42,127 nucleotides of DNA from Vitrella brassicaformis CCMP3155 (Eukaryota > Protista > Chromerida), in the NCBI GenBank assembly GCA_001179505.1, contig CDMY01000616.1, positions 1 to 42,127 of the forward strand. The letters are read 5' to 3'. The notes below the pieces were generated by a model. It saw only the letters and a list, made by a program, of their open reading frames with translations, made no database searches and was not told the DNA's origin. Made by a program: the position numbers and the translations under genes. Position 1 is the first letter of the stretch. Each line of letters opens with the position of its first letter. Shown one piece after another: positions 23,157-33,626 of the stretch.

Positions 23157-24259
23157 ATGGCTGATGACGCCCCTTCGGAGGCCGCCTCCAGTGCGTTCAC
23201 CGCCAACATGGTGGAGATCGTGCAGCGGCAGGCGGACGAGCACAGACACACGCAGCAGCTGTTGGTAGACGAGCTGAAGAGGCAAAGAGACGAGTACAAA
23301 GAGGAGCGAGACGCCTGGAAGCGGCGATGCGAGCAGGCGGAGGCTCAGCTGGCTACGCAGAGGGAGAGCGGCCAGCTGACGCCGCGGACCCTCGTGTGGA
23401 GCGGGGGGCTTTACTACGAGACGGTTTCTCACAACAAGCCACACGGCACTGGAGTCCTGAGGACGCTCGACGGACAGCGCAAGCGATATGAGGGGGCGTG
23501 GAAGGACGGACATTTCGACGGCGAGGGCACCTCCTACCACAGAAACTGCACGAGAGAGTATCAAGGGCAGTTCGCCCGCGGCAATCGTCACGGCTCAGGG
23601 ACGCTGTTCAACAGCGACGGCTCCACTGCGTGCGACGGACAGTGGGCGAACGGCGCGATGGTCGGCGATGGGATTGAGCGCCGCTTGCCTTGGGAAAGCT
23701 GTCACTATGAAGGGCCCCTGCGCAACGGCACACCACACGGCAGCGGGACAGCTCACTGGCCGAAGGGCGGCACGAGTGAGGGGCGGTGGGAGGACGGGCA
23801 AGTGGTCGGCGAGGGGAAGGCGGAGAAGCTCCCCCTGAAGGACGGCAAGACCTACACCGGGCCTCTGCAGGACGGCCTGCCGCACGGGGACGGAGTGAGC
23901 TATTACAACAACAGCCTCAAGTGTTATGAGGGGCAGTGGGAGGGTGGGGGTATGCACGGAATGACACCAGCTACAAGGACTCCCTCTCTCCCACCAAGCA
24001 GTATCAAGGCCAGTGGGAGGACGGCAAGCGGCATGGGAGAGGGACGGTCTATTTCAGTCGGTTGGGCAGTGAATATGTGGTCTTTGAGGGCCAATGGGCT
24101 GAAGGAAAAGCCCAAAGCGGGCGCTTCTTCCCTCATTGGTTCAGCAATTGGTATTGGCCGCCTGCAGCTCGCTTTCCGCCGGGGACCGATCGTAGCAGAA
24201 TTCTCGACAGAGTCAAGAAGGAGCTGGGGCGCATTCCTGAATGGCTGCCAGACGAATGA
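23157..24259 (+). pseudogene. Intronless MORN-repeat protein with N-terminal coiled coil and one frameshift
   Basis: Repeated YEGxWxxGxxHGxG units (YEGAWKDGHFDGEG, YQGQFARGNRHGSG, YTGPLQDGLPHGDG). The repeats continue in a different frame after about 23960 (YQGQWEDGKRHGRG...WLPDE*). Confidence 0.8.
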
Positions 24260-24488
24260 ATGACTGGATCATCGATCACAGAAATCAATGTATTCCTGTC
24301 ACATCACATGAATGTCTCGATGAGAATAATCGACACCCACACGATTGCATAAATATATCCACAGCACACAAGTCGTCCACCATGGCACACACACTTACTG
24401 AGTCCGTCATCTGTCACTCAGTCTCGGCGGCCTCATTCGCCAGCCGCCGCACCATCGCGCGAGAACGAATGTCGGCTTGACGAATCTG
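24149..24488 (+). repeat. Left copy of ~340-bp direct repeat (MORN 3' end, intergenic spacer, orphan EndoV last exon)
   Basis: Aligns by eye to 28881-29214 with about 7 substitutions and 2 indels (5 nt and 1 nt). Confidence 0.95.
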
Positions 24489-24781
24489 ACACACACACAT
24501 ACTCACCGACGAAAAAACATCTGGGCGGCGCGGAGATATTGGCTCTTTCCGAGTAAGAACGAATGAAACAATTTGGAACGCCAACACGTGCGTATGTCTC
24601 GCCATCGACATGCATGTTGCTCACGCAAGGCTTCCTGTATGGGCTTTATCGGTTGGAACATCATGTCTGTTTACGTCTCGGTCCACTCCTCCCTTTTCTC
24701 GTTTCGTTGGCCGCGATAGGTCACAAACAGAAACGTTCAGAGGCAAAAAGGCACATTGAAAGCTGTTGCCTGCCTATTTGA

Positions 24782-27331
24782 CTATCCATCGACAGCTTCC
24801 TGGACGGCAATTGAAAACTCCAGTATCTCGTCTCGGCACAGGATGATTCCCGCCCAAAAGAGCAGCACCACTGCCGCAAACACGGAGACGACTGACGCAC
24901 ACCCAAAATATGCCTTCATCTGCAGACACACACGGGCTCATGACACTACGCACGCCACTTGTGTCGAACGGGACATTCGTGTTTTCACCACGTGGAGTGC
25001 GTTCCGCTCGTTCAAGTCTTTCTCCCCGCGCATCAGAAAGGAAGCCCAGAGGAAGCCTGCCATCAGACATGCACAGAATTCGATCATTTTCGATATTTCA
25101 GTGCTAGCAGGAAGCCACCTGGGATATCACAGCAGAGAGCTGCAACGGGCAGAAAACAGAATGTGCAACCGTATGAGACGCGATAACACAATTGAATGCT
25201 GCAGGTGAGACATGTCACAAACGATGGGATGCAATCCCCATTCATTCCATGAGTAGATCATACATACGTTGAGTTTTCCGCTGGCAGCCGGCTCATCTCG
25301 AGGTTGCATCGGACAGCTCGTGAGGCGCGAAGTGCTGGACCGATAAAACCGAGGAAGACGGCATAGCCGATCGTGACGTAGATGATCCCGAGCACACACC
25401 AGGCCTTCTCGTACAAGCGGAAAGCATGGTCCAGATACAGCAGCCCGACGAACGGCACGGTCACAAGGAAGACGGTCGTATACGCCCAGCCGACGAAAAT
25501 GAATATGCGGTGCAGCAACGAGTCGCCGCCCTGCACGGTCTTCTTCTGCAAGAAACGCAACGCAAGGATGGAAGCACAACACCACAACTAGGGAATCAAC
25601 GATTGATTGAATAGCAGCTCACGATTGCCTCTTCAAAGCGGATGTAACGGAGTTTCCATGCTATCTACATGGGCAAGAGACATGGCATGGCTAGGAGACC
25701 AGATGCTGCCCCCATAGTGTGTGTGTGTGTGTGTGTGTGGCTCACATCCGAGATTGAGGTCTCACGGAGTCCCGGCTGATTGAAGAAATCCCCTAGCAGC
25801 TCGAACTTCACCCTTTGCTCGTCTCCATAGTATTCCTTGAATGTGTCGTTGATAGTGCCGACCACAAACGATGCGTACCAGATGCTGATTGTAAAGGCGC
25901 TGAATGAAAAACGACAAGAGGAAAGACACGTGAAAACATATCTATGAATACGACCCTCCCCCCCAAAGAGGCTACATATCGAAAGCAGCTGATCTGAAGG
26001 GCGATTCATCATCGAAGGGGAAGTACAGAAGGGGCAGGGCTGAAGTGAGAAGAGTCCACCCGAAGATCACCGCCACACCCTTACGGCGAGAGTACGCCTT
26101 TGCTTCCTCCTCCGCCACACTGTCAGCGTGCAACATTTTCTCGTCGTCTGCATACATCAAAATCAGCTGTCCGACGGGAACACTCTCTTCTGACAGCGTC
26201 TCTCCGTCTTTTCGCTGCGCAGCGTCCGCTTCTTGCCTGTCTTTATCGTCCCCGCCCTCTTTGGCCATGTTGCCTTCTTTTGCCTGCTCCTCGCCGTCCC
26301 GTTTAATGCCCGCCTGCGCTCCAACATCCAGCACGACGGCCGCTTTCTCTTCGGTTTCCTTTTCCCTTTTCTCCTTTTCTTCCTCTGACAGACAAACCCG
26401 CACATATGCCATACAAGTATAGCGGATCGTTGGACTTTGCCATACTTGTTTCGAGGCGGTACTTTTTTCTCTCATCCTTCAGAGTGGTTTCACATGTCTC
26501 TCCAGTTGACCTGCCAGGAAACGCTGGGCCAGGGCATGGACAGCAAAGACGGCGTCCCCCGCTGCCAGTTGGCCCCTGGCCGGCGACAGCCAAGTCGCTC
26601 TCTCTGCTGTCTTTGTCGGCTTCCCTTCTTCGTCACTGGGCCCTCCTACTTGCGTTGCCCCCTGCCCTACTTCATCTTCCCCACCACTCAGCTTCTTTCC
26701 GGACGCCTTGCTTTTCTGTGCTGCTGGTGAGGCCTCGTATTTCTCCCTGGTGTCGTCCTTCTTCTTCTCTGCAGTCTCCTTGGTAGTACAAGTGAAGTAG
26801 CCTTTGAGCGGCAGCCAAATCGCGCAACCTTGAACCAAGAGCGCGACGAAAAAGAAAATGGAATGAGCCCCAAGTCCAGCGGAGCCAATGGTCCTGCAGG
26901 TAGAACAAGAGAAAATGCAGCAACAGAGACATGGCGTGCGTCTGATTACGTGAGGCCAAAGAGGAGACAAAACTGGGCAAGCTCCATGAGGGTGATGGCG
27001 GCTTTCTTCAAATTGTCGCGCACCAGGCTCCGGATGCCGGAAATTGTGCAAGTACATTGGATGTTGCCCGTGGAGTCCTCCAGGAGGTTCTCAATGAGGC
27101 CCGTGACAATGGCGAGCAGGGTGAAGGTGAGAAAGAGTGTCCATGGATAGTCCTGAGAATTCAACGCGTGGAGACGCCCATGAAATCATCTACGTACGGC
27201 ATCATGTACCTCATCCACGACGAGAATGGCCCATACGTCCTGCAACAGCATCATAAGCACTGCGTGCAGGTTCATCACATTTGTGGGCTCAATCTCACCT
27301 CGGCCAAGGTCAAAAGCTGCACAAACAGCAT
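24782..27331 (-). CDS. Hypothetical polytopic membrane protein with large acidic/basic loop, about 8-9 exons
   Basis: Phase-consistent exons MLFVQLLTLAE|DVWAILVVDE|DYPWTLFLTF...|TIGSAG...FLA|EEEKEK...AFD|IAFTISIWY...|LWCCASILAL...ENST|WLPASTE...|MKAYFG...AVDG*, with about 10-12 hydrophobic segments. Confidence 0.65.
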
Positions 27332-27569
27332 TATGTTGAAGTCCACGTCGCACCGAGAGGGAGAGGACCTGGAGAGCGCCCCCAGGCCCCCACCGCCGAG
27401 GGACTTTGCCGCCTGTTTGAAGGAACGGGAAACGCCTTCCCGCGCTCCTCGTCACGACAGACGCGGAGCAGGTGCACGTCAAACATCCCCTGCTGTCGTC
27501 CTCTGGCTGGTGAGTCCTTATCTTCCTGTGTGTGGTGTAGGAGCAGCGTGGCACGGTGTGTTTATCGTC

Positions 27570-28594
27570 ATGAGGGGCATGAGGGTGTTCAACCTGAGTG
27601 TGGCGGCCTTGGATTTCATCCCGGTGTGCTTCTTGATCACCGGTAAGCATGCCAATACGGTGATCCAATTAAGGTGCAGCTGCCATGTTGTGCAGGACTG
27701 GCCTACGGCCATGTCGGGACAGTCTACCCTGGTGGCGAACGGCCGGTCAATCGAGGCGGTCCATGGGACGAGACGGATGAAACAGGCATGGGATTCATCG
27801 CAACGGGCATCTGTTTCCTCCTACTCTCCGTGATCTGCAAGTAAGCAAATAAATAGCAGACACCATGTCTCTCTCATATGCGTGATGTGTCTCTCCTGCT
27901 GTGTGTCGTCTATGCGTGTGCTTGTGCCTTTGCAGCCTCTACCTGGCACCACCGATATGATCACGGGAGCAGCGGAAATCACATGCATCGGTCACCTCCT
28001 TCACTTCCTGATATACTGCGCGATGCTGTTGGCCTTTATGATGGGTATGATCATCGGCAGGTTGCTGTGCCTGTGCTGCATCGCCACCTGGTATCCCGAA
28101 AAGTTCGACCTTCGTCGATTCTATACGTGGGGAGCCGATCTGATGGAAGATAACCTCCACTTTTACACTATCCGGGGGGGGGACAGCATAATGGACATCA
28201 ATATGACGGTCCCGGCTCTGCTGCTGAGCAGGCCATTCAAGTGGATCGCAACAGCCTTTTTTCTCGCAGGTAGGATGAACTACTGCCGTGCTATTTCTAC
28301 GCGTTGGGCCACCTTTCAGGCTTCGGCTTTTGGGTCCATTTCGAGAAGCAAATGAATGACGTGTCCCCCAGCACGCTTCTATCGAAGGAAGCGGGCATCA
28401 TCAGTGGGCTTCGTGGAATTAGCGTGAACCACTCTCGTGTCGCGTCTCTCTCTGTTGTGCTCTTTTTTCTGGTTTGTGAAGCAATGTTGGGGATCGGTCT
28501 GACGATCATCTCATTGGTCGCCGAGCATTTGTGGCTAAGATTCGAGTGCGGACCCGAAGCAGACAGGAACGAGCTCGAGGACCTGGACATCTAG
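27570..28594 (+). CDS. Hypothetical multi-pass membrane protein, 4 coding exons
   Basis: MRGMRVFNLSVAALDFIPVCFLITG|LAYGHVG...ICFLLLSVICK|PLPGTTD...AFFLAG|FGFWVHFEKQ...EDLDI*. Donors GTAAGC, GTAAGC and GTAGGA are phase-consistent. The start is approximate. Confidence 0.65.
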
Positions 28595-28880
28595 GCAGTC
28601 GGACAGCCGGACAGTCGCCCTGGAGTCTGTGTCTCTCTGGAGGCGAGATAGATAAGCACTTTAAAAGGCCTCTACCGCTCCATGTATCTATCGAGAGCTT
28701 AGACAGAGAGACCGGTCTTCATACGCAATGGGTGCATGTATGTGCTGAGGCGGTCTTTGTTTGTGCGTCAGTCTGTCTGTCTTCCCCCTAAATCGACTCC
28801 TACTCTGCAAGGAAGTGTGTCAGGGACAGTGGAAAGGGACGGCCGCTTTGACAATGAAGAAATACAGCAGCCGCAGCGAA

Positions 28881-29214
28881 TGGTATTGGCCGCCTGCAGC
28901 TCGCTTTCCGCCAGGGACCGATCGTAGCAGAATCCTCGACAGAGTCAAGAAGGAGCTGGGGCGCATTCCTGAATGGCTGCCAAACGAATGAATGACTGGA
29001 TCATCGATCACGGAAATCAACGTATTCCTGTCACATGAATGTCTCGATGAGAATAATCGACACCACACGATTGCATAAATATATCCACAGCACACAAGTC
29101 GTCCACCATGGCACACACACCTACTGAGTCCGTCATCTGTCACTCAGTCTCGGCGGCCTTATTCGCCAGCCGCCGCACCATCGCGCGAGAACGAATGTCG
29201 GCTTGACGAATCTG
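28881..29214 (+). repeat. Right copy of ~340-bp direct repeat (orphan MORN 3' end plus genuine EndoV last exon)
   Basis: Near-identical to 24149-24488. Confidence 0.95.
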
Positions 29215-29220
29215 CACGTG

Positions 29221-29253
<33 letters not shown>

Positions 29254-30066
29254 CACACACGCGCGCACAGACTGCATGTGTGGAGGGAGAGAGCGTACAG
29301 GATGTTGCTCACCGGTTCGGCCACTCGGTGCTTGGACAGGTGCGGCAGTATCTTCAGGGCGGTGTCGAGCGACACTCGGTGCCCACATGACACGATCAGC
29401 GGCACCGTGGCATCATCCGTCGGCCGATATATCGCCCCCAAGACACCTCGCGTGTCGCCCTTCAGCAAGTGGTGGGAAGGGGCGGTCGTCAGGTGCCGGG
29501 ATGCGAGCTCACGGGCCACCTCCTGACGGAAGGAAAAGCCTGTGTCTGCATCCTCGCTGCAGCGTTGTTCTGCTCACTCTGGTGATGCCATCGACGGTGT
29601 GGATGTTTTTGCTGACCCCAACGGTCGGAATGTCCACAAGGAGCCCGAGATGACAGGCCAGACCAAATCCTGAACATGTCACGCACAGAGAATGAGTGCG
29701 GTCATCATGTGTCACCTCTGTCTGGCTGACCTCTTGGATGGAGTATGCCGTTGCCGTCGACCAGCAGCAGCTGAGGCCACACGGACTCATCAGACGTCGC
29801 CTATGAGACGAAACGCAACGAGGTGTCCGCACTACTTGTGGCACAAGTGGCTGGATGTTCACCTTCATGTCTTCGATCAGTGCAGCGAGTGGAGGCGCCT
29901 CTGCACTCCATCCATAGCACACCCACACAGATGAGATCAGACACCCTCACTTGTCAGACAGAAACGGCCATAGCCCTCTCTGTCCTCTTCCCTTGCCTCT
30001 GAAGGCCAGGTATCCTGGCATGTAGGGCACGTTCAATTCAACCTCGCGGCACCTCTCGTACACAAC

Positions 30067-30105
<39 letters not shown>

Positions 30106-30530
30106 CCGACAACAGACACTCACACGGGTGGGGACTCTAATGCAGGGTGACTGTCACCTCCAGCGTGTCGAAGTCCAGCACCACGAGTGCGGCCACGGCC
30201 CGTGAAGGGTCCTCCTTGAAGAAGCTGAGATCCACACCGCCCACCTGTAGGTAGGCACGTGACACACCCGAATGAGAGCATTCACCCTGGCGTGGTACAG
30301 GCATGTGGTGTGCATTGCGCACTCACTCGTGTGAGTGCTGGTCTGCCATCGTCGAGTGGGCCTGTTGCTGCAGTGGGGATGCGCCAGTGGAATGAATCAT
30401 CGAGAATGAGTCGCTTCTTCATCGCGTGTTGATGCCTGAATCGTGACTCACAATCAATCAATCACGTCAGTGCATCTGTCGTTGCGTACCTCTGCCATTC
30501 CTCTGTCTGCGTTTCATCCGGCTCATCCAT
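29140..30530 (-). CDS. ENDOV: Endonuclease V (inosine-specific), multi-exon
   Basis: VGGVDLSF, PYMPGYLAFRE, LLVDGNGILHPRGFGLACHLG, PTVGVSK, IVSCGHRVSLDTA and EPIRQADIRSR. The acidic catalytic residues appear intact. Confidence 0.95.
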
Positions 30531-30795
30531 CTATTTTGCACCATCCTCCACGGGAAGGATCTGTGTCGGATCTAGGTGCTCAGAGGTTCACACGCCTCTT
30601 GCGTCTTCCTTTCTTCCCACGCCCCATGTGCGAGCTTAAAACTGCTGCTGCCGTCGGATCTTTCTCACCTCCCCGCCGCTTTCCGGACGCATCGGTGAAT
30701 GCTGTGTGAAGCACAGGAAGCCGACTGGAAAGGATTCTCAGCGAAACGAGGCGATCGAGAGGTCTCTCTGCGCAGCGGAGAAAAGAGAAAGGGGG

Positions 30796-32287
30796 ATGCT
30801 GACCAGCATCTTGGTGCCGCATCTGCCACCGCCGCCACCTGCCTTCTTGGCGCGCGCTCCCATCCCCTCTCCATCTCTCGCCACATCCCCTCATACTATC
30901 CATCACGCGTGCACAAGGCGGCGGCTCCGCTCTCCCTTTGTCCGTCAGCGGCACCCATCTCGGCTTGATGCGGTGTCGGGCCCTGTGCTGCTGCCGCCAA
31001 ACTTCTGGCTGCTGGAGCTGATTGGTCTGTTGGTGCCTTTCATCGTGGCTGTGCTGCCCGCGCTGGAGTACGAGATCAGGACGGGTTTGTTTCCCGTGCA
31101 GAAGGACTTTGGTGTGGACTTCTCGCGGCAAGAGGTCAAGGAGGTGACGCTGAGTGAGCTGTCGGACATTATAGAGATCAGCAAGAAGGAAGACAAAGGT
31201 GAGCAGGGACCCATTCGCAACGGCCACATGCACACCATGGATGGCCTGTGTGTCCTCTGTGTGTGTGCGTGAATGAATGTCTGCAGATCGTGTGGGCAGC
31301 TCTTTCCTGCGGCTGCTGTACATCTCTTCTTATTTCTGGTTCTTCTGGATAAGGACGATCTTCCCCTTCGGCAACGACCACAAGCTCCTGTGTGTCGTCG
31401 CCCCGGCAGTCGACCCCCCGCCTAACCAATCCACCGCAGACGATACCTCCACAAAAGAAAAGACCACTGACAACAGCTACTGGTTCGGCCGTGCGTCATC
31501 CGAGCGGCCCGTTGCGAGAAAGGCAGCCGGCGAGGCGGCAGCCGAGGATGAGCAGCAGCAGCCAGTGAGCGCAGCCGTGGCCACCGATCAACTGACCAGC
31601 GATCGGGCGCTCTCTCTCGCGTTGCCCTTCCCCGCCCCCCTTCCCTCCCACTTGGCCTCGCTGCTGCGGCAGGGCGGCGTCATGTCCTCCCTCAGCCCAT
31701 CGTCTCGAAGGCGGCTGAAGCTCGACCAAGACGGCAGGCGTGTCGACACAAGCCGGCGGAAAAAGGACAAGGAAGGCCCTGCGGACAGGGAGGCGGCGAT
31801 TAAGGAGCGGCATCGGGTGTTGGGTTTTGCTGAGCTGCTGATGCATCCCTTTTCTGGCCGGATGCCCGACTGGGTGCCCGTGCCGATGGTCCTGAAGCAG
31901 GCGCGGTTCGTCATGTCCTCGGCCCTCGCCGTCCTGCTGCCCTTCGTCTCGCAGCCGGAGCCCCTCCACCCCTACATCTGCAACCTGCTGGTGCGTCCTG
32001 AGTGCCGCAGGAAGGGCGTCGGCTCGCGGCTCGTCAAGGGATGCGAGAAGATGGCCGCGGCATTCGGCAGCAACAGCACCACTACTACCAGCACCACCAC
32101 CAGCAGTGGTGATGGTGATTGTGCGCTGTCGCGTGTTGGTGTTCGTAACGACGTGATAGGTTTGCATGCGGAGGAAGACAACGAGAGTGCCATCCAGCTG
32201 TACCTGAAGCTGCGGTACCGCATTGTGGAGAAGGTCGAGTGGAAGGAGAGCAAACTCAAGGTCGTCTACATGATGAAGGACCTCTGA
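30796..32287 (+). CDS. GNAT-family N-acetyltransferase, possibly plastid-targeted
   Basis: YICNLLVRPECRRKGVGSRLV (acetyl-CoA motif A) and LHAEEDNESAIQLYLKLRY (motif B). The N-terminus is Pro/Ser/Arg-rich with an AFL motif. One intron near 31199-31287. The true start is uncertain. Confidence 0.8.
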
Positions 32288-32832
32288 GGGTGTGTATAAT
32301 GGGACGGACCCGCGACACCCACGTGTGACACACAGACAGAGGCAGATTAAGTGAGGTGGTGAGCGTGTTTGTGTGTGTAAGCTGTGTATTTGTGAGATGC
32401 CGAACTCGACTTGTGTGAGGTTTTCGATTTTCGACATATAGAGTACCATGAATGCGCTTGCGTCTTGCAGTCCCGTGCACACACGTCTCTGACATGGAAG
32501 CCACAATGCAGCTGACGTCTCCCATCGATTGACAAAACACCGACGTGATGCACACATCGACGAAAGGGAAAACACCCATGCAGTCAGTCAGTCAGTCAGT
32601 CAGTCACTGTGTGTGTATTGGTGGAAGAGTGAAAACGAAAGGTAGCGAGGCGTGGAGACATGGTGGGCTGGTGGGCTATGTAGTTCTCGTGCAGACGAAG
32701 GTAAAAAGGTGTCTCTACCTGCAGTCGGTTCCCATTGTCATGCATCCTCTCTAGTGTGCGCATCTCTCTCTCGTATGCCATTGCCATGTATACGAGAGGG
32801 ACGGACGCACCACAAAGCATGCCTGTGTGTCT

Positions 32833-33447
32833 CTAGATGAGTCCAGCACGCCCCCACTTGGCCTTCGTGCTGCGTTTCTTCGTCTCCTTACGCGCCGCTT
32901 TGACCATCCAGGGCAGGCCCTTCGTTGGGAACATAACCCGGTGCTTTACCCAGCCCTCGTCCTCCTCGGTCTCCTCGTCCTCGGCGTGTCGCTCGGGGGC
33001 GGCGTCCGTGCGGTTCTCCTCAGCCGGCGGGATGCGCGTAGACCGGAAGACGCCCCCGGCGCCTCCGGACGCGCCTGTCCCCATCCCAGCGTCGCAGTCA
33101 GCTCCCATCGACATGAACTCGGCCTCACTGTGATCCTTGGCCTCAACAAACTGAATAACAGCATCACAGCATCACAAACATGTTGCATGGCATTGCATGC
33201 AATGCGTTTCTATCACAGCTCATTGCAGATGGAGTGGATAGCACTACATGAGTCACATATGTGTGCATTAGGGTGCTGTGCTGCATTTGTGACTCACCTC
33301 GGTGGGTTGTCCGTACGTGGACGTCGGCGTCCTGATGTTCTCAGGTACTCTCCAAGTGCTCTCTGCCTTCTGGCGAACGCCCGCAGCCTGAAGTGTGCTC
33401 CTCTGAGCCCACGAAAACCGACAGCAGCGAGAGAGCACCGGCGTAGA
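32833..33447 (-). CDS. Hypothetical short protein, 5' end unresolved
   Basis: A GTGAGT donor and ...TTCAG acceptor join ...TYGQPTE|FVEAKDHSEAEFMSMG...EDEETEEDEGW...GLI* in phase 0. No start codon was resolved. Confidence 0.35.
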
Positions 33448-33626
33448 CTGATCGAGAGAAACCACTGCGCTTCTCCTTCCCGAGACAATCGGGGCCCCAG
33501 GCGAGCTTTTAATTGGCCTCAGACAGTTTCCTCCTCTCTTTCGCTGTGTGTCCACCGCTTGTCCCACTTACATTATGAGCGCCCCATCTTGATATCTCGC
33601 CTCTTCCTGTTGCCTCTTCCCTGTCG

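Noticed and set aside
23950-23970. Possible 21-nt GT-AG micro-intron at the MORN frameshift
   Set aside because: It is far shorter than the other introns here, and a multiple of 3 would not correct the frame.
27057-27569. 5' half of the 258-aa plus ORF
   Set aside because: It is antisense to well-phased exons of the minus-strand membrane gene; only the part from about 27570 splices into the plus gene.
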